A stretch of DNA of 64,000 nt, from assembly GCA_002269645.1 (NCBI GenBank), contig NIVC01000581.1:1-64000 (forward strand), written 5' to 3'. Made by a program: the position numbers and the translations under genes. Origin of the DNA: Macrostomum lignano. Lineage: Eukaryota. Numbering within the stretch: position 1 is the stretch's first letter; each line of letters begins with the position of its first letter. The notes beneath the pieces were generated by a model, which saw nothing but the letters and a program-made list of their open reading frames with translations, did not search any database and was not told the DNA's origin. This document shows, one piece after another, positions 21,326 through 37,848 of this stretch.

Positions 21326-22173
21326 GCACAACCTTGGGAATCACTCAGCCGTTTCTATTGGCAACATACACACCATAGTCAGGAAGGTGGCAAGTGCACG
21401 CAAGAATCAATTTATGGAAAAATCCTTAGTGCACGCCAATGTATGCCAATTTTTTAAAACCCTTAACATGACGTTTCTGTTGCACACCAAAAATCTTGAA
21501 TACAAAAAATCATGTATGCCAAAAATTGTGTATACCATATTAGATAGGCCCTACTATTTTTAAATAAATTTTCTACTTACGTTAAACAAAGTTTATATAA
21601 AAAAAGGAAATTCGCTACAAAGAACATAGTGAGTATCAAAAACGTTTTCTTCACATTTCAAGAAACAAATAAACTAAAAGTCTACAAGAGTCACAAAATA
21701 AGAGCGTTTAAAAGTTATTGGATATTTTAATTTTAATGTAGGATGTAGAGTGTAGGCCTAGCTATAGGCTAGGCTGTAGCCTCAACTAGTTGGTTTAATC
21801 AATATTCAAATTCAATTGTTCACGTTTAACTTTATATATTGTATAAATATAGTGTATACATCTATATCTGACTTGTTGATATACTTTCAGTTTGTAATTG
21901 CATGCCAAGGTTACATGCCAAGTAAAAAACTTGTACGCTGAAAATTTAGGCATGGCTTAAGACCCCTATTTGCACGCCAACTTTGCACGCCAAAATTTTA
22001 GCGTGGCTTGTGCACGCGGGAAAATTCCCGCGTGCAGGCCACCTTCCTGAGTATGGCACACACATGTAAGTTGCTATTGGCCAAGAGCAGTCACGTGACT
22101 ACTATTCCGTCCAATAGCGACTTACATGTGTGTGTTACCAATAGAAACGGCCGGGTGAATCCCTAGGTTGCGC
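21326..22173. mobile_element. Foldback MITE (hairpin centred on AGTCACGTGACT) interrupted by a second TIR element
   Basis: Left arm CAACCTTGGGAATCACTCAGCCGTTTCTATTGG pairs with right arm CCAATAGAAACGGCCGGGTGAATCCCTAGGTTG; inner palindrome at 22057-22135. Confidence 0.7.
21374..22055. mobile_element. ~680-bp non-autonomous TIR element nested in the foldback MITE
   Basis: TIRs CATAGTCAGGAAGGTGGC / GCCACCTTCCTGAGTATG, subterminal TGCACGC repeats, and flanks ATACACAC / GCACACAC as a possible degenerate 8-bp TSD. Confidence 0.7.
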
Positions 22174-24527
22174 CCAAGCATGTTCTAGTCCTTTGCATGT
22201 TGATGTTGACCAATGATGTGCGGGTTCCCCGATGTATATTCTCCCTATACTGGGGGGCCTATAGATATTTTTTCCTTTGAACAGATAATTCAAACAAAAA
22301 TTAAGCATTTCTAAAAAATCTTACAATCTATATGTCAAGTCAATTTCTAAATACTAAATTCTAAATTCTAAATTTTAAATTCTAAATAATCTTTCTATTT
22401 AACTTTTTAATAGCCAATTTATTAGTTATTTATTAAATTACTTAATAATAATAAAGTACAATAAAATACTAGCAAAATATAACTTTTAACAATGTGAAAA
22501 AGTTTAGCACTATGCACTAGTACTTTTAGTAGTGATTAAATTGTTATTCTTTTTAAAAAAAGGATGAAATATAAACTTTAAAAGGCAATCAAGTGTTTGT
22601 TTTATTTTCTATCTTAATTTGTAATTGTTTAAGCACCAGGTATCTTCTTGATTCAAAATATTTTGTTTTCTAGACTTTTTGTTAAAACTATGGCTATGGG
22701 AACTACAGCCTACAATAATATTGGGGTCTTTATGATTGCAGAATATAGAAAATTGGAATAAGCTATAGCTATAGTTTTACTTATGGCTATGGCTACAGCA
22801 TATGGACCCCCCTTATGGTAAAACATTCGGTAATTAAGAAACTAAAAATAATAGTTATATTTATATAAGGCTTTGTATGAATTTAATTTAATCAATTTAA
22901 TAATTTAAGAACAAAAATAAAATTTATACAATTTTATTAAAACTTCAAACCTTTACCTTTGTAAAAAACATAGAAGTCAGTTTTGCACTATTTAATTATT
23001 TATTTTTACAATATATATGTATAGACAACTATTGTGTCAATATCACATGATGACGGAAATTGCAAAAAAATTATGTACCGAAATTGCGACTTATTTGCAA
23101 TTAAATTGCAATTGGATTGCAAAACAATTGTATTTATATTGCACTGTGATTGCAATTTCCGTAAAGAACCAAGCAATGAGATTTCAATTTTCTTAATGAC
23201 TGCCTTGAGATTGCAATGTTTGCACTGACTTTGTAATTATGTTACAATTATAGTAGTCTTATTAATATCTCGCAATTTTATAGCAATTCTTTATTTTATG
23301 CCCTTGGCGAGAAGTATACTGAATTGAATTATAGGCAAATCGAGTGCAAAGGTCAGCGTAATTTTCATGCTTGAGTGCGCCGAAAAAATGGTTTGTAGTA
23401 GGGCAGAATTGACAGTTGGTAATGGCTATTTGTGCGGTAGTCTGTCCCATTGTCTAATATAAATCTCATAACATTTAAACAAAAGTTAAGCAAGCATTCT
23501 GAAGAATAAAAAAAATTTCTGATGGCTTGATTTAGTTAACGTTTTTCTAGAGATGATTTTTTTCATAAACATGTAATTGCCTAAATTTTAATTAAACTAC
23601 CGTACAAATAGCCACTACCTTGACAGTCTCATGATGCAAGTGGCAGATGGGATGGGAGGTGATTGGTACATAGAAAAGTAATCTGCAGAGCGCAAAAGTT
23701 ATAGATAGAAGTGTGGATTTTAAGCAAATATAACTGCGCAAGACAAAGTGACATGAAAAATCGAAACTATCATTGTCGTTGACACAAAATAGATTTTGTT
23801 TACAAAATGGAAAAATGAAAAGAGAAGTATCAATGTCAATGTACAAAGCACAATGATGAGAGCTATGTAATAAGGGAATGTAGAAATGTATCTAACAAGC
23901 ACAGTTTTATAAAAATTACATTTGGGGAAAATTTATTGCAAGAAAATGTGAAGAACAAAAAACTGTGGTGAAGGCAGCAGCTACATTACATTCTTTTTTA
24001 TGAGTACATGAATGAAGGATATAGCCTAAATATAGTTACGCAATATACAGTTAATAACTATAATTGCGCCATAAGAGTTACACTTCCAATGCCCAATTAA
24101 GCAGCTAATTAAGATGTTGTAAGAATGTAGCGTATGATGTAACGAAATGGGCTTTAGCAATAAACCATTGTTTTAAAAAACTTGTTCCCATATGACAACG
24201 CATAGTACTTTCATATCCACTAAAAGGCAGGTATGTCATTCGCGTGGCTTAGACTTGCAGGCAATGTTTTGAAAAAGTTGGTTTAGTGAAGCTCGCATGG
24301 TGCTCCATATCTGATCCATATCTTTGGCTAGAAATGCTTCTTAACCACATTCTTGATACACCTCATTGTCATGGGCATAGTGAGTACCTTCATTGCCATT
24401 AGCACTTGAAGAACAGACTCCAAGCTTGATTCTGTCATACCACAGCTTATAGCTAGATAGTGATAGCCATTGCAAGTAGTACATCTGATTTGATAGTTAG
24501 ACACACAAGGTGAGACAGATGTAGATT

Positions 24528-26972
24528 TGCTGCAAGCTGGCTTTTGCCCGAGCAGATTTAAGTTTATCTTTAACTGAAGTATGATCATAGACTATTTCAT
24601 TTGCCTGTATTGAGCAAAAGAGCCTAACTAAAGGCAAACCGCTTGGAAATAAGTAAAACAAAAAAAAGTTGAATGTGCCAAGCAGACATCGGCAAAAGAA
24701 GGCCGAAGGTACTACAGCGCATATTCAGGGCTTTGAGCCCAGTGTTTCAGTACAAACTTGTAACAGTGGCGTCGCAAGCACTCCAGATTTAAATGAAGAG
24801 CAACGAGCACCAGCAATCGGCAGCAGCAAAGTCTGTGGGCTCACTGTCCCTCAAGCATGCCAAGGTTGTGACAGAAGCGCCAGCTCATCAACAACAGGCA
24901 AAACTGGCAGCATCACTGTCTCGCCAGCAGGCCAAAGTGGTCTTAGTTAAAGATTTGTGCCAAATCTTTCACACTACCTTGAACCGCTAACTAGATTAAT
25001 GTGCAAAAGAAATGATTTTCAATGGGGATCTGAGCAAGATGAGGCATTCATGCGGATCAAGTCCATGCTGACGGAAAATACAGCTCTGGCAAATTATGAC
25101 CCGAAGAAACCTGTGACGTTGGAGTGTGACGCTTCCCAAAAAGGACTGGGCGGAGTTCTGATTCAAGACAACATGCCCGTTTTGTACATCAGCAAGAGAC
25201 TGTCGAAAGCTGAGAAAAAATATTCTCAGATCAAGAGGGAGGCTCTAGCAATTATCTGATCAACGCAAAGGTGCCAGCGGTTTCTTGCAGGGTGTCACTT
25301 CACTCTAATCACAGATCACAGACCGCTTACGTACATTTTTGGTCCAAACAAAGGCTTGCCTATGCGCCTGTCAGCACGACTGCAGAGGTAGGCGATATTG
25401 TTGATGGCTTTTGACTTTACTATTGAATATCAGAGGTCAAAATTTATGAAATCAGATGCCTTGTCACGATTGTTAAGGGATGATACAGTGCAGACATACA
25501 CCGTTGGGAGTATTGAACTACCTTCAACAATCATATCTGCTGAGGAGGTAAAAAACAATCAATGGATTGCCCAGAAATTTTTCTGCTGAAAGAAGCTATT
25601 CGGTCCAGTAACTTCAACCATCCTAGTATTCGTCTTTTTAAGGCAGTTGCAGATGAACTAACGATTGAGTCAGATATTGTCATCAGGGATACGCGAATCG
25701 TTCTGCCGAAGAGTCTGAGGTTTTCTGCAATTCAGACAGCACACAGCACCCATTTGGGCATAGATCGAACTTTGTCACTTTTGAGATCCCAGTTCTGGTG
25801 GCCTGGTTTAAATAAAGATGTGAAACAGCACATCGGAAGCTGTGTAACCTGTAAGATGGTTAAGCCACGCAATCGAAGCTTCCTGACATCTTGGCCAACA
25901 GCCACGGAGCCATGCAAGCGTGTACATGCTGATTTTGCAGGTCCTATAGATGGCCAGTACTTGCTAATACTTGTGGATGCAATGTCCAACTACCTAGAAG
26001 TGCATTTGACAACCAATATGGAATCGTTGACAGTAATTTCCAGATTTCAAAGGACGTTTTTGCAGTGGGGCGTACCAAAGACTCTTGTGACTGATAAAGG
26101 GTCTAGCTTCATCTCAGCGGAGACAATGCAATGGTTGAAAGCTATTGGTTGCAACCATGTAACAACACCTCCGTACCACCCTCAGAGTAATGGGGTAGCT
26201 GAATGATTTGTCCGTACTATGAAAGAATCCGTGTCAGCATTGGGTTTGAGTCAACAAAACATTGACAGATTCCTGCTGTTTTATCGATCATCAAAAGGAA
26301 ACAATGGCCGTACACCATCGAAGAAGTTTTTAGGTCGAAACATTCAAACTCCTTTGATGTCGGATTTTTCTAGAGATGACGAGGTCGTGTACAAGACAGA
26401 AAGAGCTACGTCGTTGGCTAGAGTCATCTTACCAACTGGTCGAAACACAGCTATTATCAAGCTCGACAACGGTGTGTACAAAAGGGCACACTGGGACCAG
26501 ATGCAAAGTTTCCAGTCTGGTGGCGACAAGGGCACTGACTTGGAACAACTGGTTGCTGACGGTGCTAGTGAGGTGAATCAACCTCTAGATACGTTCCCTT
26601 GAAAACCAGAGCCGGTGCAGGAGCCGGTGCAGGAGCCAGAGCAGCAGCAACCACAACCTCGGAGAAGTGAAAGACTGTTGACTAAGCCAAGAGTGCATTA
26701 CAAAGAATGAACTGTAAACTTTTGAAGTGGGGAGGGGCTGCGGGCTGGCTTTTGCCCAAGCAGATTTAAGTTTATTTTTAACTGAAGTATGATCATAGAC
26801 TATTTCATTTGCCTGTAATGAGCAAAAAAGCCTAACTAAAGGCAAACCGCTTGGAAATAAGTAAAACAAAAAAAGTTAAACATGCCAAGCAGACATTGGC
26901 AAAAGAAGGCCGAAGGTACTACAGCGCATATTCAGGGCTTTGAGCCCAGTGTTTCAGTACAAACTTGTAACA
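24528..26972 (+). mobile_element. Internally deleted Ty3/Gypsy LTR retrotransposon with 5-bp TSD AGATT
   Basis: LTRs at 24528-24765 and ~26736-26972 end in TGTAACA. PBS TGGCG follows the 5' LTR and PPT GAAGTGGGGAGGG precedes the 3' LTR. AGATT occurs at 24523-24527 and 26973-26977. Confidence 0.92.
24957..26602 (+). pseudogene. Gypsy pol remnant: RNase H + zinc-finger/DDE integrase with premature stops; gag, protease and RT absent
   Basis: LECDASQKGLGGVL, TDHRPL, HSTHLG...CVTC, VHADFAGP, TDKG, PPYHPQSNGVAE. Confidence 0.9.
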
Positions 26973-29900
26973 AGATTCCATGAGTCACCAATAGTAGTTA
27001 GATCACGTATTCCTTCAACCTCAAGACCAAGTGATATAGCATCATCTTCCTTTGATACAGACATTTCTGTATCACCAATAGCCTTCTCAACTAATCTTGG
27101 ATTTTCATTGTCCACTTCTAGAATCACTTGAACTTCTTTAAATGCATCTTGACTTATGGCCTCATGTTGCATAGCTTGCTCTAAGTTGGTATTAGCATCC
27201 AGATCTTGCAGAAAATTCATAGATTCAAGCACAGCTGACTCTATTTCATGATTCTCAGTACTTTCCATTGTCAATGTCAAAATGAAGTAGCTGAAATGGA
27301 AAGAAAATTCATTTTTAATTTTAATAACATTGACATTAACAATTAAGTCATGTTCATTGCTTAGAAAGATAATATCTAGACTAAAGCATATTATCTATAT
27401 CCTTTTAGAATTACCTTTATATAATATACTAAAAGAATTAGACTTAGATTAGAATTAGAATTCTAATTCTAATTCTAATTAGAATTAGAATTAGAATTAG
27501 ACTTAGAAGAATTAGACAAAGATAACATAAAAAAATGGTCAAACATAAGATTGTCCTGACTTTGCCGAGACAACTTTTTATACAAAATATTTAAAAATGG
27601 CTTAGGCTTCATCATAAAATATATGCTTATGACTCAAGGGCAAATCCCAAAAAAGGCATTATACATAAAGGCATATGGCTTTAGGCTATGTCAGAGATAC
27701 TATATTAATGAACACTTTAGCAATTAACCAAGTTAACCAACTACTACCTAGAGACCTAGCATTGATCAATCTTAATGTAGTTAAGATATTTTTAAAACTA
27801 ATTGATATACAAATTTAGGTAATTGAATTCTTAGCTAATAGCATAAAAAAGTATATAAAAAAATAAATTGCCTATACAAATATTACACTTCATAATATTT
27901 CTTTGTAAAGGCCCATCAATGATTAGAATATATGCAGAAATATATCCAAAAATGAAATACAATGCCTAAATAAAAACAATCTAGCTTATATTACAACAAT
28001 TATGTAATACAAATTATATTTATATTATAACACTCATTTATAGGCCCAGTGTTCAACTCTAAGATCCATTGCAATTATATAAATTGAATGAGATTAATAG
28101 CTTAATAAGACAATTACTATAGGGAGATTTATAAATATTAGTATTTGTTAAAATATATAAAATATACCATTTTAAGCTTTTGATATGAAAGTGCATATAG
28201 CACTAAGATATTGACCATGACTATTTAACTAGCTAGACTAGTTCTAGAGTTACTAATAAATTATGATTATTTGTGACTTTCAATAATATATATGGCCATA
28301 GGCATAGATTGCTATATATTAAATTGTCATTAGAATGCAATAGATTAATAAATAAGGGAAATGTATAATAGTTAAAGATTCAAATATATATATTTTAAAT
28401 ATAATGCAATAATAAATATTAACTTCACTTGCAAAATTATTTACATTTTGCACTTATATTGTGCAATTATTTTTTTCTAATTTAACTTTTAAGTAAAGAA
28501 TATTTCTAGAGCTAAAATGTATATACCCAAGAAATATTGCAAGTATGCTAACCAACTTATGGAACTAAATATTTGTTTAACTTTAATTTAACAATAGAAA
28601 AACAATAAACTATGAACTTTTGAAAGAAAGGGCCCAACTCAATACTACAATAAAAATGATATAAATAATAGAGCATTCTTTAAATATTATCATAGAATAA
28701 TAAGTTGAATTTGTACTAATACAAAAATTTTATACTTGTTTTATCTTTATAAGTAAAAAGCTTTTGCCAAGAAATACTCTTTAATTGATATAATAAAATG
28801 CTAAATAAATATATATAGGCCTACTCAAGAAAACTACAAGAGAAATTCTAGACTTTACAAAAGTTCCAGATGTTTTTTTCTTATAGTTATAGACCTTTGT
28901 AAGACCAAAATGGTAAATTGGCAATATTATTAAAAATACTTTAAAATTCATTTATCAAATAAAATAGAGTTTTAAAACTCTAAGTTATATGCCTATAGTA
29001 TAGGTTAGTAAAGTGTTTATAAAGGGATAAAAATGACTAATCTAGTATTGGATAGCACCAAATAAACAGTGTGGATACAGACTATGCCAGAGGAAACTCC
29101 AAAATGTGAGCAACAAAGAGACCATTGCTTTGCAATTGTGTCATGCATTTGGTAGAAAGTGCACTTTGCCTGGGCCTATGTGCCCTCTACTCTATTTAGT
29201 GTTGGGGTTGACTATTGAGTCTGCTTGGTCAACCAAGTGCAATCAATGGCTTGCTGCATCTACAAGCATCTAACAGTTCAACTCATATGCAGCAGCTCCA
29301 CAACTCATGAAATCCACTCAAACCAAGTACTTTTTGCCATAGACATAGACACATTGCCAGTTGATGTCATTTGACTCTGGTACAAATTCAAATATCAAAA
29401 AAATGTACTGGATAGAAATGTAGGAATAGGATTGCCTAGATAGTATATAATATGCAGCTAGAATGACTACATACAATATTAAATGTGCAGGTCTAGGCCA
29501 GGGGTGGAAACTGCACACACTTGAAATGATCCACAGGGGCCAGGGCCAGGGCACACAGCCAGCAAAGTTGCTGGGCCATGGTCTCATAAATGTAGCATTT
29601 TCCATCACATTAAATCACACATGTCTTATGATTGCTGCTATTATATCATTCACTTGCTCCTGAGTCCTGACACCACAGGCAATGAATTAAAAAGCTTAGT
29701 TTTACTTTGTATTAACTTTAATATATTAACTTTGTATGATCCAAGCTCTAAATATTTGACAAGCTCAAAAAACATTTTTGAATAAAACTGAGGATTGAGG
29801 AACATGTAACAAATGGTATAACAAAAAAAGAAATGTAAAATAACACAATTTTTACACAGGCATTTGAACTTTTTTCAAGTCGGTGAGTCGGATAAAATTA

Positions 29901-31744
29901 GCAAAGCAAATTTTATATGCAACATGCACAAATTTTATTAATTAAATTAACGAAACTCACTACTATGAGTCAATGAACACTGTTGTTAATGATACACTAT
30001 TCCTTGGCCTATGCCCGATTGTCAATCCCACATGAAGAAGTGGAAGTGAAGCAAGTAAGAATGAACTAAATTAAGGCTTTGTAGAAAACAATTTATTGCT
30101 GTCTATATTGCTGTAGACTAGAGGTATTGGCTGACTGAAAACAAAATTAAATTTAGTATTCGTTTTATCTGTTAGAAATGCCACATACTTGTAATGTGAA
30201 TTTTTCTAAGTTCAAATCAGAGCTCCTTTTTTGATAAACTCATGCCTATATCACATTTGCACCAGAAAAATATATTGACTAATATATGTACATTTGTGCA
30301 TGTCGAAATGCTTACGACACTACTCACAGTAATATATAAGATGTGGACTAAGTACTCGAATTGCAATTTTCTAATGCAAGAAAATTGTAATTCTGCCACG
30401 TTGTTTGGCGTGATTGTAATTTTATCAATCTGCCTAATTTAATTGTACATTTTGTAATTTAATTGTAACTGTAATTGCAATTTTATCAATCTGCCCAATG
30501 TAATTGCAAGTTTTCGTAATTTTGCCCCAATTTCAGTGGTCATGTGATTACTAATAATCATGATAACAAAACTTAATTTTTTGTGTATTTTCTATAGTGT
30601 GGATTGTATAATAATGTACGCCTAGTCCAGTAGAAGAAAAAGTTGACTATATTTATATACTAGGACTAAAATGTTCTTTACTATATATACCAAAGTTGTA
30701 TACTTTTTCATTCTTGAATTCATCATTCATGCAGAATAGCCTAGGCCTAACAAACTTTAAAATAATGCAATTTACAATGTGCACTTAAGAGAATTATAAA
30801 AAAATAAAAAAAAGTATTTTAAATACTTTAAATTTAAAATACTTTAAATACTTTAAATAAATTAGGGAAAAATAAATTTTTAAAGCACAAAGTTTAGAAG
30901 TGTTTTTTATTATTCTTTGCTTTTTGTTGAAGGGGTTGCATATAGCATATTTTATATAAAGCTACTAATTGATCCTAAAATATATGTAGAAATGTCAGAT
31001 AAGCTAAAAAATTTCTATTGTATTGTATTATATATGCTAGGATTATAAGATATATGCTAATATACACTGAAAAATGGCAAGTACCCTTTTTGTGTACCAA
31101 GAAATCTTCTAAACTATAAAGAAATGTCACCTTTTAAACTATAGTGTATATCATATACCAAAATATTAGACAAGTATACCAAAAGCCTAAAATCACTTTT
31201 TATATGCCAACATATATGCCAAACATTTCTTGAGTATACCCTAGAAATTTCTAGCATATATGTCTTCTTCTTAACTATGATTACAATCTTATTTTAAATT
31301 TATAACAAAGTAATATTGAGGCAGGCTACTTTTCTTTAATAAGATTAAAAAGACAAAGCTAACAGGAAACATTTTCTTTTTCAAGTATTTGTAGATATTG
31401 ATAGATAATTGTGAACCCTGCTTATAATTTTAAAATTATCAATTGCACTAAGCACTATAGTAAACTTTTGATATTAGATGCTTTGCATATTAAAGACTAC
31501 AAACCCCCTCGTATTCAATTAGCAAGGGGAGAGGCAACAATGTGCATCTTAGAATTTATTAGTTCTATTGACTATGTAATGTTGTGCAGTTCTAGCTTTT
31601 TGGTAACCATACTCTAATTGATAATATATATTTATATTTACCTTATTGGTCTCACAAATACTATCCAACAATGCAGAAATACCAGAATGTATTTTTATAG
31701 CATTCTAGCTACTATGCTCATTGTAATTGCTAGAGATTAATTGG

Positions 31745-33420
31745 CAGGTAGCACTTGTTTGCTCTTTGGAATAGCATCCTCAAAGCCATCAAGTGCAATG
31801 CAAGCTATATCAGAGGTTGCTTAGTAGGGTTGGCCATACCATTTGCATTGTAGAACCAGGACATGGTCGCAAAATAGCAAGATATGCTACTGTATCTGAT
31901 AGTCAGTTTCTGGCAAGCTCTGCCAAGTGTTTGGAATTGTTGGCAGGCTATACTAATAGTGGCCCAACTTTATGGAAATCACAGAACCATTGCCAAAATG
32001 CACACTGGGTGGTATACTCATAAGCAGAGCTGGTTAAGCTTGAAAAGCCTTTGCCAAGCAGTTGATAGGTATATAAGCTAAGGCATTAAGGCAATTGCTT
32101 AAAAAAGTAAGAAGAAGCAGCAAAACTCAAGTACGAGTAAGCAGATGGAAGCAAGCAGATAGGCACATAGCAAGTGCCATAAAAAAGAAAGCAAGCTGAC
32201 TAGGGTTGTTAGCTCTGGACAGTAGATTGGTAAGGAGCTAAAAGTGGCCAGGCACATAGTATGCATGCACAATAATGTCATGTTGGATGCAGGTCCAATA
32301 TATTTCAGTGATTGGCCAAGCTAGAGTTGATAATGCTATAGGCAATTGTACTGTCTATGTACATAGTAATAGAGCAGTCATTAAGGGCCTCCATACTTCA
32401 GGATAACAACCAGAGTGGCAGTGCACTCCTTCAGATTAATATGGAGCTCTTATTGCAATCAAGCTGATAGTTAATAAAAAGCCACTAGGTCAAATCAATA
32501 TTGTAAAAGTGTAATACCACATGTCCATCTGTATCATAGGCCTTAAACTTAATAGCTGTAGCTAGCCAACAGAATGGAAAGTTAAACTTAGGCAATAGTA
32601 TGCTCTACAGAATTGTTTGCTATTTTTCTAAGACCTGAGATCTACTATAATTTGGACATTATAAGACATGCATCAGGCTATTGGCAAGATTGGTAAGTGG
32701 GCACAAGTTCTAACCATGCTGAACAATTGTGCACATATGGCTAAAATGCTCAAGCAGTTTCTGCAACTCAGATTTGGTCACATTTTGCCGCAATAAGCAT
32801 GTATGAAGCAGGAGCTATAAAGCTTCTTGGCTTTGTTAGCTGGGAAAAGAGACTTGCTTGGATTGTGTCAATGTCTATCCTAAGAAACTGCAGCTTGGTT
32901 GTTAGCGCCACATATTTTCTCTTATTGATGATGAATCCAAGCTTGGTGAGCATGTCACAAAGGCTTGTAATAGGCTTGGTTGCCCTTAGCTTCTGCTATT
33001 GCCATGATAATAAAATCATTGATAAAGAAAATTGTGGCCAAGAAGCCTTTGCAGCAAATCATACATCAAATAGTTTAAGTGAGGTGTTGGAAGATGTTGA
33101 CAAAGGCACGACTGCCAAATGGCAAGTGAATGTACACTATAAGTTGGACAGCTCCCTTTGGCTTTGTAGCATCGCAGAAAAATGGCACAATATAGTATGA
33201 TGCTTAATCAATATTTGCCATGAACTAGCCTAGCTGCATCAATCTGATGGCCTCGTCGACAGAAGTGAAGTGGAGCTTGCGTTGCTGGCTGTAGTGATTG
33301 TTTAGGCTTTGGCCATTAAGAATGGAGCAGTCATGAATCAATCAAATGATAATGCTATCCTTTGGAATGGCCATTGTGAGCTTGTCTGCTACCAGAATGT
33401 CTCTGCCAAGGCAGATTTCT
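31745..33420 (-). mobile_element. Decayed DIRS/Ngaro tyrosine-recombinase retrotransposon (RT, RNase H, YR N-terminus)
   Basis: TSVDEAIRL..FMANID..LPFGSR..FIND (RT). LGFIIN..K..TTKLQFL.IDIDT and HINLKE (RT/RH). FWQWFCDF..LAELARN.LSDTVAYLAILR (YR SAM-like region). Confidence 0.8.
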
Positions 33421-34156
33421 TCTTCCAGGGCTGCTTGGCTGTGCTTGTTTCTGGTTGATAGATTAATATTTGTGGAAAAATGGCATAAAATCTAGGTCAT
33501 TAGCAATAGGAAAGCCATGCTCAATGCCATCAAGGATAAAATTGGCATTGTGTTTGCCAGCAAGCTCCAAGTGCTAAGCATTGATTTAGAGTTTGCCAGA
33601 TAGATACATCAGATCAGAGATCTAGGTAAGTGGCCTGATGAGGCCTGCCACAAGATAGGCTATGTTATAGTGCTAAAATTAGAAGGCATAAAATTGGTCA
33701 TGCCTGCACTATTGGTGCACTCTTAGTTTTTTAGGTGATTCCACCCAGAGTGGTTGCCTTTGCGGACTCGACAGGTATGAGGAACAAAAGAAGACAAGGA
33801 AACAGTTACAATGGTGAGGCAAATTGTCCTAGAAAGATATGCATAGACTCTTTCTAATGAAACAAGTAAGTGCACTAGTTAATTATAGCAGAAAAATCAC
33901 ACACAACTGTGCAGACTGTCACAAAATGGTTTCAAAATGTTTTCATCTTTTAATTTTTATAAGAAAATAAAAGTCAATATGGAATCATTATACCATCTTG
34001 TAAAACTTTAAGCAACTTTGTCCAATTAAATATTATCAAACTCCATATGTGGAGTCCAAGTTAAGATGTCACAGAGTGAAATCATACGGCTTGTCTTGCA
34101 GCCATAAAATCCCAGTCTGGTAGTCAAACAGCAAGGAAGGCATCAATCAGCCCTAG

Positions 34157-37848
<3,692 letters not shown>

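Larger units (their letters stand above)
24328..27280 (-). pseudogene. Decayed acidic + PHD-finger-like ORF split by the Gypsy insertion
   Basis: The acidic ORF at 26954-27280 runs into the 3' LTR. On the other side, CVSNYQIRCTTCNGYHYLAISCG is a degenerate PHD-like Cys/His pattern. Confidence 0.45.
16118..33950. other. AT-rich, CpG-depleted block of decayed transposons
   Basis: Long stretches almost lack CG (about one seen in 27.3-29.0 kb) and are rich in TA/TG/CA. There is an abrupt switch to GC-rich genic DNA near 34.1 kb. Confidence 0.85.

Noticed and set aside
27440-27520. (TTAGAA)n tract that flips orientation, forming a hairpin
   Set aside because: A simple microsatellite in decayed DNA with no supporting context.
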